DNA of 64,000 nucleotides from Lachnospiraceae bacterium (lineage in GTDB: Bacteria; Bacillota; Clostridia; Lachnospirales; Lachnospiraceae), in the NCBI GenBank assembly GCA_036723975.1, contig DAIMGJ010000006.1:35944-99943 (forward strand), given 5' to 3'. Shown one piece after another: positions 58,112 through 64,000 of the stretch (position 1 is the stretch's first letter; the number at the start of each line of letters is the position of its first letter). Both the position numbers and the translations under genes were made by a program. The notes beneath the pieces are model-generated. The model was given only the letters and a program-made list of their open reading frames with translations. It did no database searches and was not told the origin of the DNA.

Positions 58112-59710
58112 ATGAAGCAGCAAAATGCTTACATACAAATTGAAATAGCAGATTCCGTTGCAATTTGTCACTATTATCCTCCTGTAGATGGTGGAATGCC
58201 ATTGTCAATCAAAGAAGCGGAAGAATACCTTAGCGCGCATGAGATTACTGACTATGATAAGCATGGTTTTCGCCAGTTTATTACAGGAGAAAAGGAAAAC
58301 ACAATGGAGTTGGGGGTATGCTCTGATATTGAGTTTTCCGAGTCCATGACTACGAAAATTAGTCTGGATAAGATGAAAGTGACTGCACGGTTTATGCCGG
58401 GGTCTTCCGGGGGTGGACGTTTAAATGCGAAAGATATTTTAAATGAACTCGCCGGTAAGGGGATTGTTTTTGGCGTTAACCAGGAAGCTATTATGGATTT
58501 TGTCAACAATCCTTTGTATTTTACGGATTACGAATTAGCGACCGGAAAACAGCCTGACATTGGACACGATGCCAAAATCGAGTATTTCTTTAATACAAAT
58601 CCTTCTTTAAAGCCAAAACATAATGAAGACGGATCTGTTAATTTTCATGAACTTAATACTATTTCCGAAGTAAAAGCCGGTGATTTATTGGCAAGATTGA
58701 TTCCCGAGGATAAAGGTTCCAACGGAAAGGATGTGTTGGGAAGAGAAATTCCAACTCGTACCGTAAAATCCAAAAAACTTGCCTATGGTAAAAATATTCG
58801 TGTCAACGAAGAAAAGACTGAGATTTATTCCGAAGTAACCGGGCATGTTTCCTTAGTCGGTGAGCAGGTATTTGTATCGGATGTTTATGAAGTATTGGCT
58901 GATGTTGATACCTCTACCGGAAACATTGATTTTAACGGAAATGTTCATGTAAAAGGTTCTGTTCGGGGAGGATTTGAAATTCATGCAACCGGTGATGTTG
59001 TCATTGAAGGTGTTGTAGAAGATGCGCTGATTGAATCTGATGGACAGGTTATCGTAAAATGCGGTATCCATGGTATGAATAAGGGAACCATTACTGCAAA
59101 AAGTAATGTAATTATTCAGTTTATTGAGAATGCCAAGGTATTTTCCGGTGGATATATTGAAACCGGATCCATTCTATACAGTGATGTATCCGCCACAGAA
59201 GATATTTTTGTTAACGACAAAAAAGGTTTTATTACCGGTGGTACAATTCGTGCAGGTGGTAAAGTGGAGTCCAAGATTATCGGTTCATCTATGGGAGCGA
59301 TGACCAGGGTTGAAGTAGGTATGGCACCTGATAAAAAGGCTCAATATGCGGTTTTACAAAAAAGTATTTTGACTTTGAGCCAGAAGATCAACAAAATCAG
59401 CCCAATTGTAAAAACGTATCAGGATTACTTAAAGGGCGGAAAACAATTAGATAAAAAGAATTTGTTATACCTTAACAAATTAATGGTTGAACTTAGAGAA
59501 AGCAAAGAACGCTTGCAGGAAGATCGAATGAACTTCAATTCTTTGCATCAGGAGCTTTTAAACTCCAAGCATTCAAAGATTGTTGTGAGTCGCGATATTT
59601 TCCCCGGCGTTAATATAACGATTTCCGATATTTCAATGACCACGAAAGATAAACGTTCTTATTGTATATTTGAAAAGAAAAACGGGGAAATCGTCATTTC
59701 AAATTTGTAG
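58112..59710 (+). CDS. DUF342/FapA (flagellar assembly protein A) family protein
   Basis: 532 aa. N-domain, then a beta-helix-like repeat region (GNIDFNGNVHVKGSV...GDVVIEGVVE...) and a C-terminal coiled coil typical of DUF342. Confidence 0.8.
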   Translation: MKQQNAYIQIEIADSVAICHYYPPVDGGMPLSIKEAEEYLSAHEITDYDKHGFRQFITGEKENTMELGVCSDIEFSESMTTKISLDKMKVTARFMPGSSGGGRLNAKDILNELAGKGIVFGVNQEAIMDFVNNPLYFTDYELATGKQPDIGHDAKIEYFFNTNPSLKPKHNEDGSVNFHELNTISEVKAGDLLARLIPEDKGSNGKDVLGREIPTRTVKSKKLAYGKNIRVNEEKTEIYSEVTGHVSLVGEQVFVSDVYEVLADVDTSTGNIDFNGNVHVKGSVRGGFEIHATGDVVIEGVVEDALIESDGQVIVKCGIHGMNKGTITAKSNVIIQFIENAKVFSGGYIETGSILYSDVSATEDIFVNDKKGFITGGTIRAGGKVESKIIGSSMGAMTRVEVGMAPDKKAQYAVLQKSILTLSQKINKISPIVKTYQDYLKGGKQLDKKNLLYLNKLMVELRESKERLQEDRMNFNSLHQELLNSKHSKIVVSRDIFPGVNITISDISMTTKDKRSYCIFEKKNGEIVISNL

Positions 59711-59720
59711 GAGATATGGA

Positions 59721-60044
59721 ATGTCAATTCGACCAATTGATTTTAACGGTATGGTTCAAAACACTTCCGAGCTTAGTGTCACACATACGCAGGAAGAGCA
59801 AAAACCTGTGGTTCAGCAGGACTTTGTGACAGTTGAGATTAAGCAACAGGCTGATGAATCCACAACCACTGTTAAAGAGCAGGATAATGTTGCGGAGAAC
59901 GATTCTGATGCTGAAGGAGGCGACGGTACCGGCTATCAGGGCAATCGCAATCGTAAAGGTGGCAAACCTTCGCACAAAGAAAAAATGTCAGATGGTTCTG
60001 TTCGTGTAAAAAGCGATCATCCGTCTTTTGATATGTCAGTATAG
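59721..60044 (+). CDS. small hypothetical protein, predicted disordered (acidic centre, basic C-terminal part)
   Basis: 107-aa ORF with GTAGGAGAT RBS 6-8 nt upstream of ATG 59721. No Cys or Trp, no TM. No family recognised. Confidence 0.5.
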   Translation: MSIRPIDFNGMVQNTSELSVTHTQEEQKPVVQQDFVTVEIKQQADESTTTVKEQDNVAENDSDAEGGDGTGYQGNRNRKGGKPSHKEKMSDGSVRVKSDHPSFDMSV

Positions 60045-60052
60045 GAGTACTT

Positions 60053-60829
60053 ATGAGTACACTTCAAATTTGCTTATTTATTACAGGCCTAATATTTTTT
60101 GGGGGCAGCTTTTTCATTACGGAAAAGCTGTCTTCTTCTGATACGGAAATGATTTCACGTTTATCCGAAAAGGAAGTAAAATCTTTGGTGGAAAAGGAAT
60201 TATCCAAAGCATCAGAGCAAATGGATCAACTTCTTTCTGAAAAAAAAGAAGAAGCTGTTGAAAAAATTGAGATTCAAACCGACAAAGACACCAACGAAAA
60301 AATCATGTCCATCGGGGAATACTCCGACACGATTTTAAAAGCCATGAATGAATCTCATGATGAAATCATGTTTATTTACCAAATTTTAAATGAGAAACAG
60401 GAAAATATTACGAATATGGTGTCTGAAATCGGAAAGCAGGAAAGCGCACTTCGTAATATGAAGGTATCCATTGAGGATAAATTAAAAGAATTGGAAGCTC
60501 GCGAGATTGAATTAAAGCAGCAGGAACAGAATGCTGAACTTCAGCCGAAACTGCATTTCGAAAACGATGTTATAAGTTTAAAAGAAGCATTTATACAAAA
60601 AATGGATGCTTCTGAAGAAAATACGAAAGAAACATCAGCTATTGAAGCTTTACAGGCTTCTAAAAAATCTTTTGAATCCGAAAATAATGCCGATTCTTCT
60701 AAAGAAGTATTAAAGAAACAAATTGTGTCTATGCACCAGGAAGGTTTTTCTGAGGTTGAAATTGCCAAGAAATGCGGTGTCGGTATCGGAGAGATTAAGT
60801 TGATTTTGGGGTTGTTTGATGAAGTTTAG
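60053..60829 (+). CDS. SwrB-like single-pass membrane protein (TM, coiled coil, C-terminal HTH-like helix pair)
   Basis: N-terminal TM LQICLFITGLIFFGGSFFIT, long Glu/Lys coiled coil, C-terminus QEGFSEVEIAKKCGVGIGEIKLILGLF. Located downstream of sigD and upstream of rpsB, like B. subtilis swrB. Confidence 0.45.
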   Translation: MSTLQICLFITGLIFFGGSFFITEKLSSSDTEMISRLSEKEVKSLVEKELSKASEQMDQLLSEKKEEAVEKIEIQTDKDTNEKIMSIGEYSDTILKAMNESHDEIMFIYQILNEKQENITNMVSEIGKQESALRNMKVSIEDKLKELEAREIELKQQEQNAELQPKLHFENDVISLKEAFIQKMDASEENTKETSAIEALQASKKSFESENNADSSKEVLKKQIVSMHQEGFSEVEIAKKCGVGIGEIKLILGLFDEV

Positions 60830-61382
60830 CAGACGTTCAAAATATTTTTTAAGAGGTATGGGATTTGGAATCTTGGTTACGGTAATATTATTCTCCGTAG
60901 CCTTGGTTTTCTATGAGCCAATGAATTCTTCCGAAAAAGAACTTGATGAACCTGTTGCAGAAGAGACAATAGAGGAAGAAACCACTAAGGAAGAAACAGA
61001 AGAGGTCTCCGACGGATCAAAAGATGTTTCTGAAAAATCAGAAGAAACAGAAAAGACAGAAGGAACATCTGAAGAAACATCCGAAGAGACAGATAATATT
61101 AAAACTGCAGATACAAACACAACCGGGACAGAGACTGCAGAGACAACAACTACAGATACAAATACTAATACCCCCAGCAATTCCGTTGCATTTAAGATCA
61201 GCGCCGGGGAAAGTTCTTACAAAGTCGCCGAAAATCTATATCGCGCCGGATTAATTGACAACCCCGGTGAATTTAATACCTATTTAGAACAAAATGGATA
61301 TGATAACACGATACACGTCGGTACGTTTAACATTCCGGAAGGCAGTACTTACGACCAAATAGCAAATACCATATCTAAGTAA
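60819..61382 (+). CDS. membrane-anchored protein with Thr/Glu-rich linker and C-terminal MltG/YceG-N-terminal-like (LysM-like) domain
   Basis: N-terminal TM GFGILVTVILFSVALVF, low-complexity E/T linker, C-terminal ISAGESSYKVAENLYRAGLI...VGTFNIPEGSTYDQIANTI. No YceG catalytic domain present. Confidence 0.5.
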   Translation: MKFSRRSKYFLRGMGFGILVTVILFSVALVFYEPMNSSEKELDEPVAEETIEEETTKEETEEVSDGSKDVSEKSEETEKTEGTSEETSEETDNIKTADTNTTGTETAETTTTDTNTNTPSNSVAFKISAGESSYKVAENLYRAGLIDNPGEFNTYLEQNGYDNTIHVGTFNIPEGSTYDQIANTISK

Positions 61383-61384
61383 TT

Positions 61385-61430
61385 TTACCGCCGTATGCAG
61401 GGAGGCCTGCTTACAGCGGTAACTTTTCTT
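61385..61430 (+). terminator. intrinsic terminator at the end of the fla/che operon
   Basis: TTACCGC..GTA.GCAGG-GAGG-CCTGC.TAC..GCGGTAA long stem followed by CTTTTCTTTGTTTTT. Confidence 0.75.
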
Positions 61431-61589
61431 TGTTTTTCTTTATATTTTTCTTGCATCACAGGACTCTTTGTGATAAACTACCAAAGGCTTTAATAGTATA
61501 CACATGTGGTTTGGCGCAAAATATGGTGCCTTTTCAGGTTTGATTTGCGAGAAAAAATCACATGGAAGAATAACCATGGAGGTATTAAA

Positions 61590-62339
61590 ATGAGTGTTAT
61601 TTCAATGAAGCAGTTATTAGAAGCAGGTGTTCATTTCGGACATCAGACAAGAAGATGGAACCCTAAAATGGCTCCGTACATCTATACAGAGAGAAACGGA
61701 ATCCATATTATCGATCTTCAGAAGTCTGTAGGATTGGTTGATGATGCTTACAATGCAATCTTCGACATTGTTTCTCAGGGAGGAACCATCCTTTTTGTCG
61801 GAACTAAGAAACAGGCTCAGGAAACAGTAGCACAGGAAGCAACTCGTTGTGGAATGTACTATGTAAACGAGAGATGGTTAGGTGGTATGCTTACTAACTT
61901 CAAGACCATCCAGACAAGAATTGATCGTCTTAAGAAAATCGAAAAGATGGAAGAAGACGGAACTTTTGATGTTCTTCCTAAGAAGGAAGTAATTAACTTA
62001 AAGAAAGAGCAGGAAAAGCTTGAGAAAAACCTTGGCGGAATCAAGGAAATGAAAAAGTTACCGGATGCTATTTTCGTAGTTGATCCTAAGAAGGAATCTA
62101 TTTGTATCCAGGAAGCTCAGTCTTTAGGTCTTACTATCCTTGGTATTGCAGATACAAACTGTGATCCGGATGAATTGGATTATATTATCCCCGGTAATGA
62201 TGACGCTATCCGTGCCGTTAAGCTTATCGTAGCTAAGATGGCTGATGCTGTTATCGAAGCAAACCAGGGTGCTGAAGCTTTAGAAGTAGCTGCTGAAAGT
62301 GCTGCTGCAGACGAAGAAGTAGAAGCAACAGAAGAATAA
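61590..62339 (+). CDS. rpsB: 30S ribosomal protein S2
   Basis: [35 protein letters not shown] before ATG 61590. Confidence 0.98.
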   Translation: MSVISMKQLLEAGVHFGHQTRRWNPKMAPYIYTERNGIHIIDLQKSVGLVDDAYNAIFDIVSQGGTILFVGTKKQAQETVAQEATRCGMYYVNERWLGGMLTNFKTIQTRIDRLKKIEKMEEDGTFDVLPKKEVINLKKEQEKLEKNLGGIKEMKKLPDAIFVVDPKKESICIQEAQSLGLTILGIADTNCDPDELDYIIPGNDDAIRAVKLIVAKMADAVIEANQGAEALEVAAESAAADEEVEATEE

Positions 62340-62365
62340 TTCATATATTTAGGGAGGAAATAAAG

Positions 62366-63448
62366 ATGGCAATTACAGCTGCTATGGTAAAAGAATTACG
62401 TGAGCTTACAGGCGCAGGAATGATGGACTGTAAGAAAGCGTTAAATGAAACAGATGGCAATATGGATGCTGCTGTTGAATATTTACAGAAGTCCGGTGCT
62501 GCTAAGGCAGTTAAGAAGGCTGGACGTATCGCTGCTGAAGGACTTTGCGACGTATGTGTTGACGGAAACAACGCAGCAATCGTTGAAGTTAACTCTGAAA
62601 CAGATTTCGTTGCTAAAAATGACGAATTTAAGTCTTATGTACATGCAGTAGCAGTACAGGCTTTAAATACTTCATCTGACAATATAGAAAGCTTTATGGC
62701 TGAAGCATGGAATGAAGATAATTCCATGACCGTTCAGGAAGCTTTAACAGCAAAGATTGCAAAGATCGGTGAAAACTTAACTATCCGCCGTTTCAAGAAG
62801 GTAACAGGTGATGCTGTTGTTTCTTATGTACACGGTGGTGGTAAGATTGGTGTTTTGGTTGCAGCTAAAAACGCTTCTGATGATGCTTCAAAAGAAGCAC
62901 TTGCAAACATTGCAATGCAGATTGCAGCTATGAACCCACAGTATATTTCTGAAGCTGATATTTCAGATGCTGAAAAAGAAAAGATTGGTGAAATCGTTCG
63001 TCAGAACGCTTTAAGCGATCCTTTCTCACTTCCTAAGCCAATCCTTTCTGACTTACTTAATAAGGCAGTTGCAGGCGTATGGAGTGCTGAAGATGTAGCA
63101 ATCTATGAAGAGAAGAAGTCAAACATGAACTATCTTCCAAACTTCCTTTCTGATGAAGCAAAAGCAGCACTTGTTACAATCGCTCACGAGAACGAAGCAA
63201 GCATCTTCGAAAACAAGATTTTCACAAACCTTTTAACAGGACGTATCAACAAGCAGTACAAGGATATCTGCTTACTTGATCAGGTTTATGTTAAGGCAGA
63301 AGATGGAAAGCAGAGCGTTGGAAAATATCTCGAATCTGTAAACAAAGATCTTGTAATCACTGAAATGGTTCGTTTTGAAACCGGTGAAGGTCTTGAAAAG
63401 AAAGAAGAGAATTTCGCTGAAGAAGTTGCTAAACAGATGGGACAATAA
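62366..63448 (+). CDS. tsf: translation elongation factor Ts (long form)
   Basis: MAITAAMVKELRELTGAGMMDCKKAL UBA-like N-domain, NSETDFVAKN. 360 aa because of an internal insertion of about 64 aa. Confidence 0.97.
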   Translation: MAITAAMVKELRELTGAGMMDCKKALNETDGNMDAAVEYLQKSGAAKAVKKAGRIAAEGLCDVCVDGNNAAIVEVNSETDFVAKNDEFKSYVHAVAVQALNTSSDNIESFMAEAWNEDNSMTVQEALTAKIAKIGENLTIRRFKKVTGDAVVSYVHGGGKIGVLVAAKNASDDASKEALANIAMQIAAMNPQYISEADISDAEKEKIGEIVRQNALSDPFSLPKPILSDLLNKAVAGVWSAEDVAIYEEKKSNMNYLPNFLSDEAKAALVTIAHENEASIFENKIFTNLLTGRINKQYKDICLLDQVYVKAEDGKQSVGKYLESVNKDLVITEMVRFETGEGLEKKEENFAEEVAKQMGQ

Positions 63449-63466
63449 AATTTATTATTTGCATCC

Positions 63467-63496
63467 AAGGGCACTATAGAAATATAGTGCCTTTTT
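63467..63496 (+). terminator. intrinsic terminator after tsf
   Basis: AAGGGCACTATA-GAAA-TATAGTGCCTT followed by a T-run. Confidence 0.8.
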
Positions 63497-63515
63497 ACAA
63501 ATAAAGGAGAGATAT

Positions 63516-64000
63516 ATGGATAATAACGCTACAGTTGACGTTGAACGTCAAAGAAGGCGAAGAAAACGTGTTAAGCGAATGAAATCCTTTATCGTTTGGT
63601 TTATAACTATTTGGATATTGGTTTCAATTACCGCAATCTCTGTTTTGACCTATAAAGTGATTTCGTTGCAAAAACAGTTAAATGATATTTCATCAAGATT
63701 AGACAGCGGCACAGTCACAGCTGCAAATCTTTCCGATGGGGATTATGATGGCGTCGCTATTTCAAATTATGCTGCAACTGCAGAAGATAATTTAGCACAG
63801 GCAGGCGATACCCTTAAGGTTTACTTAACCTTTGATGACGGCCCGAGCGCCAATTCCGACCGAATTCTAGACGTGTTGGATGACTACAACGTAAAAGCAA
63901 CTTTTTTTGTGAATGGGCGAGAGGATGAACATTCTCTTGCCGTTTATAAAAGAATTACAGACGAAGGACATACCATTGCAATGCACTCCTATAGTCATAA
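63516..64000 (+). CDS. polysaccharide deacetylase (NodB homology) family protein, N-terminal part (3' end outside window)
   Basis: Open frame from ATG 63516 to the window end. Arg-rich N-tail plus TM anchor, then LTFDDGPS (NodB motif 1) and HTIAMHSYSH (motif 2). Confidence 0.8.
   Translation, partial: MDNNATVDVERQRRRRKRVKRMKSFIVWFITIWILVSITAISVLTYKVISLQKQLNDISSRLDSGTVTAANLSDGDYDGVAISNYAATAEDNLAQAGDTLKVYLTFDDGPSANSDRILDVLDDYNVKATFFVNGREDEHSLAVYKRITDEGHTIAMHSYSH

Noticed and set aside
61561-61579. Possible S2-autoregulatory hairpin (CATGG/CCATG) overlapping the rpsB Shine-Dalgarno
   Set aside because: It forms only 5 bp with an 8-nt loop. That is too weak to call from sequence alone.

Overview
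AT-rich Firmicutes/Clostridia-type chromosomal segment. Gene content and order suggest a motile Lachnospiraceae-like clostridial genome, which is an inference. All but one called gene (rpmB) lie on the + strand. Bases 1-26.2 kb are housekeeping genes: the 3' part of a GyrA/ParC-family gene, a membrane protein, a DUF2974-type hydrolase, groES-groEL behind a CIRCE operator, proB, 5-formyl-THF cyclo-ligase, miaB, ruvA-ruvB, zapA, a U32 peptidase, an FtsW/RodA-PBP2 pair, rpmB, asp23-DAK2(yloV-like)-recG, and comM/yifB-dprA-topA-codY. Bases 26.4-61.4 kb are one co-directional flagellar/chemotaxis (fla/che) super-operon of about 35 kb. Its order is flgB flgC fliE fliF fliG fliH fliI fliJ ylxF/motE-like fliK flgD TIGR02530-like flgE | motA motB fliL fliM fliY cheY fliO/Z fliP fliQ fliR flhB flhA flhF flhG pilZ cheB cheA cheW cheC cheD (small ORF) sigD, followed by four poorly characterised tail genes. 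Then come rpsB, tsf and the 5' part of a polysaccharide deacetylase gene. The codY -> fla/che -> sigD -> swrB-like -> rpsB-tsf order mirrors Bacillus subtilis. I saw no rRNA, tRNA, CRISPR array, transposase/integrase, prophage or recognisable defence system. I found no convincing evidence for a wholly new multi-gene system, and this looks like a core region. Six items remain unexplained: (1) a 90-nt GC-rich, C-tract-rich structured element between recG and comM; (2) a sigma-D-like promoter at the codY stop codon that runs into a strong terminator before flgB; (3) three consecutive hairpins in an unusually long fliE-fliF spacer; (4) a strong internal terminator and re-initiation region between flgE and motA; (5) uncharacterised small or membrane proteins around sigD; (6) in-frame tandem repeats inside fliH and fliY.
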